Source: Patescibacteria group bacterium (lineage in GTDB: Bacteria > Patescibacteriota > Patescibacteriia > 2-02-FULL-49-11). Taken from it: a stretch of 64,000 nucleotides of DNA. Made by a program: the position numbers and the translations under genes. Every line of letters begins with the position of its first letter. The stretch's first letter is position 1. Positions 54,404 to 62,806 of this stretch are shown in pieces. The stretch is taken from the NCBI GenBank assembly GCA_041645165.1, contig JBAZQN010000010.1, forward strand, positions 102-64,101. Reading direction: 5' to 3'. Below the pieces are notes generated by a model. That model did not search any database. It had not been told where the DNA came from and saw only the letters and a list, made by a program, of their open reading frames with translations.

Positions 54404-54913
54404 TTATTCCTCTGTCCGTAGGACTATATGTCGCCTCACATACTCATTTTTGATAAATTTTGATGAGTATGGCAGATATTTTTTCTGCAGACTTTCGCTT
54501 AAGGTAAAAAAGTCACTTGTTACCTTTCCTGAACAGTTTTTGTTTCCGCAATTGCATTTCCAAGTATTGCCAGTATGAGCATTGATTCGGTAGTCAACGG
54601 TTATTTCTTCTCCTTTCTTGATTGATTTCAATGCAAAGTATGGTACCTTCTTTTTTGAAGACTCTTTCGGGATTGCATTTGGATTACAGGAATGATTCAC
54701 GAAGCGTCCTGGCGGATTCATAATTTCCCACGTTTCTCTATCTATTTCATTCAGATGATCTCCTTCGCTTTTTAGAATTTTTTCTAAATCTCTTTCTTTC
54801 ACCGACCGTCCGCGATAATTAACAAAAACTACTTCACCTTTACGAAAATTCCTAAGAGCGAATACTCCTTTCCCTTTCTTCTCGGCTTCTTTTATTTCTA
54901 CACCTTTTCTCAT
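54404..54913 (-). CDS. SET-domain protein with post-SET motif
   Basis: KGKGVFA, RFVNHSCNPN, GEEITVDY, CNCGNKNC. Confidence 0.9.
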   Translation of the reverse strand: MRKGVEIKEAEKKGKGVFALRNFRKGEVVFVNYRGRSVKERDLEKILKSEGDHLNEIDRETWEIMNPPGRFVNHSCNPNAIPKESSKKKVPYFALKSIKKGEEITVDYRINAHTGNTWKCNCGNKNCSGKVTSDFFTLSESLQKKYLPYSSKFIKNEYVRRHIVLRTEE

Positions 54914-54952
54914 AATTTTCCTTTTCCTTACGCCCAATAACACCTTTCGAAA

Positions 54953-55531
54953 TTACTTCAATGTCCACAGATAAAACCTGAATTTCTTTTCACTTCCTTT
55001 GATATTTGCACGAATGCCGACTCTTCGAGCGGTTAAAATGTCTTCTTTATGCACTACCACATCTCGGTCTTCCAACCAAAGTATATTGTCAGTAAGGTCA
55101 GCGCCATAAAGATGAGTAGTGATCCCAAAAGACTTGCATAAATTGCCGGGAGATTTTGTGAGCCCTTCTTCCGCAACATCTTTGCCGAAATTCTTTTTCA
55201 TCAGATTAATGCCCTCTTCAGGAATGAGTGCTCTTATAAAAACGACCTCGGGTATATCCTTTTTATTCACCACCACCGCACACTGGTAATGCATCCCATA
55301 AATCTTATATACGTACGCATAGCCGCCATCGCGATACATCACCTCGGTTCTCTTCGTCCTTTTATTCCCGTGCGACACATGATCTACAAACGCGGGATAA
55401 GCCTCAACATCCGTAATCATTCCCGAAATGATTCCTTGCTCCGTTTTATGCACCAAATACTTGCCAAGGAACTTCGGCGCTAAGGCTACTGCACCCTCTT
55501 GATAGAATAATTTTGGCAGTTTCTTATTCAT
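54953..55531 (-). CDS. DNA-3-methyladenine glycosylase (MPG/AAG family)
   Basis: DVEAY, YVYKIYGM, VFIRAL.P, PGNLC, RVGI. Confidence 0.9.
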   Translation of the reverse strand: MNKKLPKLFYQEGAVALAPKFLGKYLVHKTEQGIISGMITDVEAYPAFVDHVSHGNKRTKRTEVMYRDGGYAYVYKIYGMHYQCAVVVNKKDIPEVVFIRALIPEEGINLMKKNFGKDVAEEGLTKSPGNLCKSFGITTHLYGADLTDNILWLEDRDVVVHKEDILTARRVGIRANIKGSEKKFRFYLWTLK

Positions 55532-55575
55532 GGTTTCATCTTTTGTTCCGTTATGCTTTCTCAATTTTATCCTAC

Positions 55576-56268
55576 TCACGTAGAAATCCTCCTTAGGAGC
55601 GCTGTCCCATCACGATAATGTTCGGCCTTAAGAATAAAAGAGAAACGATCTAAATCCAAACAGAGATCAAAGTCTCTTTCCGGCTTCCATGTCTTCTGCG
55701 GATCAAAGAAGGATTGGCTTGCTTCGCTATATCTCAGACGGTTAATGAGAGGAGCAAATTCTTGTGCTACACCTTCCAACGCATTCCGCACATAACCTGC
55801 ACATTCCGTATCTTCATCAGACAACTGAACGCCGCCTCTCCCCATGCATACCAACGACACCTTACGAGGTGCCATACGGTTCACATACTTCACCACTGCT
55901 CCTGCGTTGATAAAACTTCCAGTGATGACTTCATCTGCATTAGTCGCGTTCACAATACCCTGCGTACCGGAGGAGGTTGTAAGAATAAGCGTTTTTCCAC
56001 TAAAGTCAACATGCTCAATTTCAGTGGGGGAGTTCCCATAGTCGAATCCCGCTACTTTCTTCCCGTCCCTTTCTCCGATAAGGATACTCTCTGGTATCTT
56101 ACTTTTAAGTTGTAATGCCTGAGTGACGCCACCAACGCATATCATACGCGCCGCACCATTACCAAACGCGTAACAGGCGGTAGAAAAAGCGCGAAACACA
56201 TCGATAATCACCGTAAGGCCTTCTGCCTTCTTAGCTCCCTCGATCAATTGAAGAATACTAATTTCCAT
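55576..56268 (-). CDS. 2-phosphosulfolactate phosphatase family (ComB-like)
   Basis: IIDVFRAFST, GERDG...GFDYGNSP, LTTSSGT, EDTECAG. Confidence 0.88.
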   Translation of the reverse strand: MEISILQLIEGAKKAEGLTVIIDVFRAFSTACYAFGNGAARMICVGGVTQALQLKSKIPESILIGERDGKKVAGFDYGNSPTEIEHVDFSGKTLILTTSSGTQGIVNATNADEVITGSFINAGAVVKYVNRMAPRKVSLVCMGRGGVQLSDEDTECAGYVRNALEGVAQEFAPLINRLRYSEASQSFFDPQKTWKPERDFDLCLDLDRFSFILKAEHYRDGTALLRRIST

Positions 56269-56357
56269 ACATTGCCTACAAATATACTGAATGAGCAACC
56301 TAATCCCGAATTTGTCATTCCTGATTTAATTTCGATGTTATACACCTTAAAAAATTT

Positions 56358-56855
56358 CTATTTTTTCAATAAAAATTGCTTTAATTTTAATGTCGCCTCA
56401 TCAACCTTGGTCAAGTTACTTTTGGTTTTAAAAGTTTTCTTAGCGAACTCCATAATTGGACGCACAGATTCTATTTTTCTGCCAAATTTTCTTTTCATCC
56501 AATCAAAACGTGGAAATACCCAAACGTGGAAATGATGCAACGTGTCTTCTTCCTGGATAAGGTAAACAACCTTAACGCCAAGAACCTGCCTTAAGGCTGA
56601 ACGTAAGCGATATAATAATTTTATGAAATCCCGTTGTTCTTTGTCAGTAAATTCATCAACACTTTGAATATGCCTTCTGGATGAAATAATCACAAAACCC
56701 GGAATAGGAATTTCATAGTCTTGGTGGGCATCAAAATATTTTGACTTTACAATATCGCCTAGGCTTATTTCACCTTTTTCACGGGTACACCCAAGGCAAG
56801 TTATTTTTTTCACTTGGCCTGTATAATTGATTATTTTATTAATTGACCTTGACAT
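56358..56855 (-). CDS. HIT family hydrolase
   Basis: CLGC, PIPGFVII...RH, HHFHVWVFPR. Confidence 0.85.
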   Translation of the reverse strand: MSRSINKIINYTGQVKKITCLGCTREKGEISLGDIVKSKYFDAHQDYEIPIPGFVIISSRRHIQSVDEFTDKEQRDFIKLLYRLRSALRQVLGVKVVYLIQEEDTLHHFHVWVFPRFDWMKRKFGRKIESVRPIMEFAKKTFKTKSNLTKVDEATLKLKQFLLKK

Positions 56856-56904
56856 ACCATGAAATTAAATTTTTCAATAATGAAGAGAATACGAATTATA
56901 TTTA

Positions 56905-57468
56905 TCACGAAAAAGTGCTCATTTCAGTGAGATATTTTTTTGCTTCCTCATACCACGGCTGGGCAATCTGTTTGGCGAAAGGAGACGATATCCTGTGAAA
57001 CACCATACGTATTCTCCTCCCCGCCTCGCTGGTACTGCCATCACGCATAGATTTCTTGGCAAGGCTTACGGCCTTTTCTTCCAAAAATGCCAAACAATCG
57101 GCATCGCACAATACATTTTGATCTTCATCGCCCCCTGTCTCATGATTCGCCACAAAGTGCTTGACTCGCGCGATGAGTTCTTCTTCCGCACCTTCGTGCC
57201 GCAGGAATTTTTCAATATCAACCGCGCTTAAGTCCTGATGTTTGCGCAATAGTGCGGGATCATCAGACCCCTTTTTCCAGTCTCCATAAAACGCCCTTTC
57301 AATATCATGCGCTATCCCGGCAATGAGCAATGCCTCATCCGCGTCAGGTTTAAGCTTCTTAATCCAGTATACGGTGCGCTGGTGATGCGAGATATTGCTC
57401 AAGGCTCCCGCCTCCGTGAAAGCATCTATAACAAACCGTTCCACCTTATCAAACATAATGTGATCCAT
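56905..57468 (-). CDS. HD-domain protein (DUF4202-like)
   Basis: AGIAHDIER, H...S, HE, DADCLAF. Confidence 0.8.
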   Translation of the reverse strand: MDHIMFDKVERFVIDAFTEAGALSNISHHQRTVYWIKKLKPDADEALLIAGIAHDIERAFYGDWKKGSDDPALLRKHQDLSAVDIEKFLRHEGAEEELIARVKHFVANHETGGDEDQNVLCDADCLAFLEEKAVSLAKKSMRDGSTSEAGRRIRMVFHRISSPFAKQIAQPWYEEAKKYLTEMSTFS

Positions 57469-57501
57469 TTAACTTTTGCTTATATGTTCCCTAGAGACTG
57501 A

Positions 57502-58410
57502 CTAATCAAACACGACGGTAGTCATCATTAAATCAAAAACACTGTTCACTGGCCCCAGCGTTGTCTCAAAAATGTAATTGATCCCGTTATGCTTAATCAT
57601 GTAACCGTACCCTGAACCCATGCCCACATATTTAAACTTTCTAAATTCTTGGTTATTGATGGTTTCGTTGAAAGTGAAATAAGCCCCTTCCACGCTGTCG
57701 CTCCCCGTCGTCCTGACGTGAAACCTGTTCCCGGGATGGTTTTGCGTTATGATGAAATAATTATTTTCCGGCGTCTCCACGGTATATGACCCGTCGTTTG
57801 GATATTTTATGCTCACGCCCAAGTTTCGATAACTCTTCCACGCCGAGGTGGTATCAGCTATCTTAAAAGTTTTCACGATATCTTCGATTTCCCGCATTCT
57901 CGCAACCATCGTTTCATTGATAGCGCCTTGCGAGGATGAATATCCAAAGACATATTCACCACTTTCACCCAGATAGGTCGGTGCAGGATCCTCTTCTGAT
58001 TTTATTTGCTGCCACTGGCTCTTTGTGTGCATACTGATGTTAAATAATGAATCCTGGGTAGGAAATCCAAAATCAATGGAATCACTGATGCCAAACGAAC
58101 CCCAATCAAGTGTTCGATTTTTTGTGGCATAACCGCTCCATGTGTTCGACAGGGTTAACGTGAATCCGTATTGCGCATTATCGTAGACAATTATTCCAGC
58201 ATCGTCGGCTCCTTGATTAATATTCTGAGATTCGTCTGCAATGGGCTGTCCGCCATTATTTTCACCTGCTGCGGAAGGCGCACTGTTTTGAGCGGTTGGG
58301 GTAGAGCTGATCGGCTTATTTTGATCCGCCTGCCGCTGACTGCAGCCGGTAAACAGAATGATGCCCAATGTGAGTATGCTTAAAAATATATATTTCCTCA
58401 TATTTTTCAT
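57502..58410 (-). CDS. Putative lipoprotein with two PsbP-like domains
   Basis: LFTGC lipobox; YDNAQYGFTL and WKSYRN.GVSIKYP. Confidence 0.7.
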   Translation of the reverse strand: MKNMRKYIFLSILTLGIILFTGCSQRQADQNKPISSTPTAQNSAPSAAGENNGGQPIADESQNINQGADDAGIIVYDNAQYGFTLTLSNTWSGYATKNRTLDWGSFGISDSIDFGFPTQDSLFNISMHTKSQWQQIKSEEDPAPTYLGESGEYVFGYSSSQGAINETMVARMREIEDIVKTFKIADTTSAWKSYRNLGVSIKYPNDGSYTVETPENNYFIITQNHPGNRFHVRTTGSDSVEGAYFTFNETINNQEFRKFKYVGMGSGYGYMIKHNGINYIFETTLGPVNSVFDLMMTTVVFD

Positions 58411-59984
58411 TAATTTGATAATATAACGAGATAATGCTTCGCTTCTTCTTGAGTGGTGATTTTTCCTTCCAGCTGCGCTTCGCGGATGCGCGTTAATATT
58501 TTCCCCACTTCCGGCCCCTCGCCTATGCCAAGCATGGTCATGATGTCGTGACCGGAGAGAAGCGGTTTTGGCAGGGTATGCTTGCCTTTTTCCTTGAGCG
58601 CCTCAATGCGAACGCGCATACGTTTATAGTCGGCAATCGTCCCCTTGCCATCCTTGGCAATCGTAGCCGCTCCATCCGCATAAGAGAGCTTGAGAAGTTC
58701 TTCGCCTAATAAGGGATCGCGGAAGAAATATTTCTCAATGGTACTGGGGCGCAATTCGTCCACATCGCCGTGGACAAAAAGAAGGTGATGGCGGATGAGC
58801 GCACATACGCGATTCGCATCAACTCCGATGCCGGTGGGGCTGGTGAGTTTGAGCCGCTCAATAAGAGAAGCTACCATTTCCGCGCCCACCCTGTCGTGGT
58901 CGTTAAACCGTATCCGATCGGCGCCATGCGCTTCAGGGGTGGTGAGCGTGGGGGGTTTCCCTATGTCATGCAAAAGCGCCGCAAGCGCCAACTCCGCATT
59001 CCAAAGCGGCTGCGGAGCAGGAAGCAAAACAGGATTGCCGAATTCTTGGGCAAAAGCAGGAGACTCAATCACCGCGAGCGCAAGCCGCGTGTGAGTCCAC
59101 ACGTCTCCCTCCGTATGGAATTCTTGCGGTTGCGGGCACCCTTTCATCGCCAGAAGCTCCGGCATCAAAATGGAAAATGTACCGCTCGACTCAAAAAGGT
59201 CAAACGCCGCCAAGGGATGTACATCAAGCGCTTTCAAGAATTCTTGCGCTATTACTTCCGCAGGAATAATCCTTGCGCCTTGGCTATCAAGGTCAAGTAA
59301 ATGTGTGATACTGCGCGCGATCGCATCCCAGGTAGAGGCCTCAATTGTAAACCCAAGAGATACGGCAAACCGCAAGCCGCGCAATGCGCGGGAGTAATCT
59401 TCTCTCATGCGCTCATCAGGGTTCCCCACCGTCCTTAATTTTTTATCCGTGAGATCCTCTAAACCGTTAAACTCATCAACAAGGATACCTCCCTTTTGTC
59501 CCCCCCTTAATAAGGGGGGGATGGGGGGGTCGGTCACCCGCATGGCCATCGCATTGATGGTAAAATCCCGCCGCCCTAAATCCTCCTTCAAGGGAAGCGC
59601 TGGGTCGGATTGCGTATCCACATCGCGGTATTTCCCCGTGCCCCACGCGTGTTCGGTGCGCGGGAGTGCAATATCAAGGGCTTCCACAGAGGAAGGTTCT
59701 GTCAGTTTCAATTTATATACCCCAAATGTCTTGCCGACATAATTCACCGCGCCGAAACGCGACAACTGGGCTTCAAGTTCCGGCGTTTCGACATTGCGCA
59801 CCACAAAATCATAGTCCTTCGTATCAGCGCGCTCCAATAGGCAATCCCGCACTGCCCCTCCCACTAAATACACCTCTGTCTGCGGCAGCGATGCACAGAG
59901 CGCGTCAGCCCAACCCAAAATACCGCTTTTGCGCAGTTCGTCCCTATAGGCTTTGAGAACACTATTGGCTTTTTGCGAATCCAT
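58410..59984 (-). CDS. CCA-adding/poly(A) polymerase-family nucleotidyltransferase with HD domain
   Basis: LVGGAVRD, DYD, DLGRRDFTINAM, EDYSR.LR..RF, H.EGDVW.HT, LLHDIGK. Confidence 0.92.
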   Translation of the reverse strand: MDSQKANSVLKAYRDELRKSGILGWADALCASLPQTEVYLVGGAVRDCLLERADTKDYDFVVRNVETPELEAQLSRFGAVNYVGKTFGVYKLKLTEPSSVEALDIALPRTEHAWGTGKYRDVDTQSDPALPLKEDLGRRDFTINAMAMRVTDPPIPPLLRGGQKGGILVDEFNGLEDLTDKKLRTVGNPDERMREDYSRALRGLRFAVSLGFTIEASTWDAIARSITHLLDLDSQGARIIPAEVIAQEFLKALDVHPLAAFDLFESSGTFSILMPELLAMKGCPQPQEFHTEGDVWTHTRLALAVIESPAFAQEFGNPVLLPAPQPLWNAELALAALLHDIGKPPTLTTPEAHGADRIRFNDHDRVGAEMVASLIERLKLTSPTGIGVDANRVCALIRHHLLFVHGDVDELRPSTIEKYFFRDPLLGEELLKLSYADGAATIAKDGKGTIADYKRMRVRIEALKEKGKHTLPKPLLSGHDIMTMLGIGEGPEVGKILTRIREAQLEGKITTQEEAKHYLVILSN

Positions 59985-60358
59985 ACGGTACGATTATTCC
60001 AGTTAGGCCTCTTTACAGTCGGCGCTAACCGCAGACCCGCCTGCCTACGCCAGTTGCGGGGAACGGTAGTATGCTTAATGTTAAAATCTTCCCTGACGTA
60101 CGGAGCGTTCCCGAGGAAAGGCAATGGCGGGCAGGTAAACGCAGATCGTCACGCCCGCCTGCCATAAACCTGTCCACGAGATGAGTGATATCTGAAAAGG
60201 TCGGTACCAACAACGTTATTCTGTTGAACCTTCAAGGAAGGCACTGGCGGGCAGGCTTGACCTTATCGCAGATAAACGCAGATATTCTTCTTACTCATTG
60301 TACGATATTCTCTTATGAGATAATAGAGTATAGAGTGATTGTTTATTGTTCTTAACCA

Positions 60359-60466
60359 AGAAGCGAGGGAATACCAATTTTTCGAGGACTTATGCCTGTA
60401 GTCAGGCAGGCATAAGCGCGAGGCAGCTTAGGTCGCGTCCGCAGAAAAATTGTGTATTCCTGAGCG
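60359..60466 (+). repeat. 108-bp structured dispersed repeat, copy 2
   Basis: Near-identical to 164-271; ends 6 nt before the methyltransferase ATG. Confidence 0.85.
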
Positions 60467-60472
60467 CGGAAT

Positions 60473-61054
60473 ATGGCCGACGATATATCACAATTAAAAC
60501 AAGATATCATATTCACTGCCAACCTGCGAGGGCATGAGTTCACTTTCCATAGCGCGTACGGCCTGTTCAGCCCCAAAGAGATCGACCGCGGGTCTCTTTT
60601 GCTGATTGAAACCGTTGCCGTAAATCCTCACGACACCATCCTCGATGTCGGCTGCGGCTATGGCGCCATTGGGCTCACCCTGGCAATGCTCGCGCCTCAA
60701 GGCAGGGTCCACATGGTTGATAAAGATTTTGTCGCGGTTGAATACGCGAAGCAAAATGCCGCCCTCAATGGCATCGCCAACTGCGAAATTTATTTAAGCA
60801 ACGCGTTCAGCGCAGTGCCTGATATCAAATTCGACACCATCGTTTCTAACCTTCCCGCAAAAGCAGGCAATGAATTTTTTACTATCCTTTTCCATGACGC
60901 CAAAGCGCATCTGAAACCGGGAGGCAAGCTCTATGTCGTGACGCTCGCGGGAATGAAGAAATATATCAAAAGAAATTTCCAGGAACTATTCGGCAATTAC
61001 AAAAAACTACGCCAAGGCAAAACTCACGCCGTGTCGCTGGCAATACGTGAATAA
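60473..61054 (+). CDS. Class I SAM-dependent methyltransferase (RsmC-like small domain)
   Basis: GLFS..EID.GS.LL, LDVGCGYGAIG, IVSNLP. Confidence 0.88.
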   Translation: MADDISQLKQDIIFTANLRGHEFTFHSAYGLFSPKEIDRGSLLLIETVAVNPHDTILDVGCGYGAIGLTLAMLAPQGRVHMVDKDFVAVEYAKQNAALNGIANCEIYLSNAFSAVPDIKFDTIVSNLPAKAGNEFFTILFHDAKAHLKPGGKLYVVTLAGMKKYIKRNFQELFGNYKKLRQGKTHAVSLAIRE

Positions 61055-61212
61055 GGACGGCTCGTCTGTAGATAAAGATACAAATTTTTATGATTGATAC
61101 CGCCAGAATAACATCAATGCCACCTAATGCCACAAGAAGCACGCTTTTAAATACAAAAAGGTCTATAGCATGTTAATGCGAGAAACCTCCGCATGGTGCG
61201 AAGGTAATAACA

Positions 61213-61345
61213 TGGTGGTCTATTCTTAAAGTAGTTCGGACGCATTTCGCCGCCTGCGGCGGCGAGAAAATCCCCCCGCAAAATTCCGAACCGAAATCCT
61301 GAACTTTGACAATTTCAAGTTTTTCTTTGGCGGCAAATTCTTTTA
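61213..61345. repeat. Recombinase-derived repeats, inverted relative to 62574-62667 and 62889-62926
   Basis: 61213-61251 is the reverse complement of 62629-62667; 61308-61345 is the reverse complement of 62889-62926. Confidence 0.85.
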
Positions 61346-62425
61346 CCGCGTTAGGAAACTCCACCAAGGCTTCTTTACTGAAATGACATTTCCGGATTCA
61401 GCACTTACTTTGGTTTCGATCTGCATTGAAACAGGAATTACGAAAAGAAGTTTGGCTTGTTTTGTTCCCTTAACAGAATATATTGGTTGTTGAGATTCTT
61501 CTTTAAGTTCAATTGTGCTAACTTCGGTTCCCGCCGCCACTTTAGATGAGGCTTCTTCTGGCAAAATTTTGATTTCCTTATTTCCAGTTGATGTTTTAAG
61601 GGATAATTTATTCCCTTCAATAACAAGTTTTTCTGTTGTAACTGCAGTTGCTTTTTCAGATTGGAGAGATAGACCATTCGGGACTTTTTCTATGGAGACT
61701 GATTTTACGCCCGATTCTGAAGAAGAAATTTTTGCCTCAATGGGTTTTATTCCCTCTACTGGACAAGTTGTGGTATCTCCGGAACAAGTGCAGCCCACCG
61801 GACATTGTTTTCCCGGACAAGAATAAATTGGACAGCCGTTAGAATCTTTTTGAGCAGTAGGAATTCCACCAACGCAAGCGGTACAGGCGATGGGCGGTTC
61901 TACTGGACAAGTGCAAGTATCTCCGCTTTTCACGCAAGGAGCTTTACAAGATGGCACTGGACAAGTTGTGGTATCTCCGGAACAAGTGCAGCCCACCGGA
62001 CATTGTTTTCCCGGACAAGAATAAATTGGACAGCCGTTAGAATCTTTTTGAGCAGTAGGAATTCCACCAACGCAAGCGGTACAGGCGATGGGCGGTTCTA
62101 CTGGACAAGTGCAAGTATCTCCGCTTTTCACGCAAGGAGCTTTACAAGATGGCACTGGACAAGTTGTGGTATCTCCGGAACAAGTGCAGCCCACCGGACA
62201 TTGTTTTCCCGGACAAGAATAAATTGGACAGCCGTTAGAATCTTTTTGACCAGTAGGAATTCCACCAACGCAAGCGGTACAGGTAACTGAAGTTGTAATT
62301 TGCGTTGGATTTATTTCGATTGATTTAACAGAAGAAACGGTTGATTGAGCGTTTGCTGTTAGAACCAAAAACAAACCGCCTGACAATATCAGAGTTAGTA
62401 ATAAAATGTTTCGTTTCGCATTCAT
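61343..62425 (-). CDS. Secreted Cys-rich tandem-repeat protein with PepSY-like C-terminus
   Basis: Signal peptide (ANA), 66-aa Cys repeats, KVSAESGNVISVKKPWW end. Confidence 0.85.
   Translation of the reverse strand: MNAKRNILLLTLILSGGLFLVLTANAQSTVSSVKSIEINPTQITTSVTCTACVGGIPTGQKDSNGCPIYSCPGKQCPVGCTCSGDTTTCPVPSCKAPCVKSGDTCTCPVEPPIACTACVGGIPTAQKDSNGCPIYSCPGKQCPVGCTCSGDTTTCPVPSCKAPCVKSGDTCTCPVEPPIACTACVGGIPTAQKDSNGCPIYSCPGKQCPVGCTCSGDTTTCPVEGIKPIEAKISSSESGVKSVSIEKVPNGLSLQSEKATAVTTEKLVIEGNKLSLKTSTGNKEIKILPEEASSKVAAGTEVSTIELKEESQQPIYSVKGTKQAKLLFVIPVSMQIETKVSAESGNVISVKKPWWSFLTR
61758..62283. repeat. 198-bp tandem repeat, about 2.7 almost identical copies
   Basis: ggacaagttgtgg recurs at 61761, 61959 and 62157. 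Confidence 0.95.
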
Positions 62426-62577
62426 AGTTTTTGAAATTAAATGTTAATAATTTTTAGAAAAGTCGACTAACTTTTCTACTTATTTCTAATTAAAATAATA
62501 TGAAAAATTTTCTTTTCCCAAAATTAAAATACAGTTCGAGCCGATATTTTTATCAGGTTTTTTGGCAGTTTTTAAGT

Positions 62578-62775
62578 TCAGAATTTCGGTTCGGAATTTT
62601 TGGCCAGACCCTCGCCCCGCCCTGGCGGGGCGAAATGCGTCCGAACTACTTTAAGAATAGACCACCAGACAGGAAATTGCAAGCAAGAGGCAGTCGCCTC
62701 CCCCGCATCAAGTGCGGGGTCGGCGACCAAATCATAAGGTTTTCTGGGCGAAAAAATCAGTTGGCGATTCTGCAT
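62578..62775 (-). pseudogene. Probable C-terminal fragment of a large serine recombinase
   Basis: NRQLIFSPRKPYDLVA...LQFPVWWSILKVVRTHF resembles recombinase tails as I recall them; overlaps the inverted repeat. Confidence 0.5.
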
Positions 62776-62806
62776 TTTGGGAAAAGAAATTTTTAATCAA
62801 AACCAT

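Noticed and set aside
61758-62283. Possible CRISPR array
   Set aside because: The units are contiguous 198-bp coding repeats with no unique spacers, and no cas genes are present.
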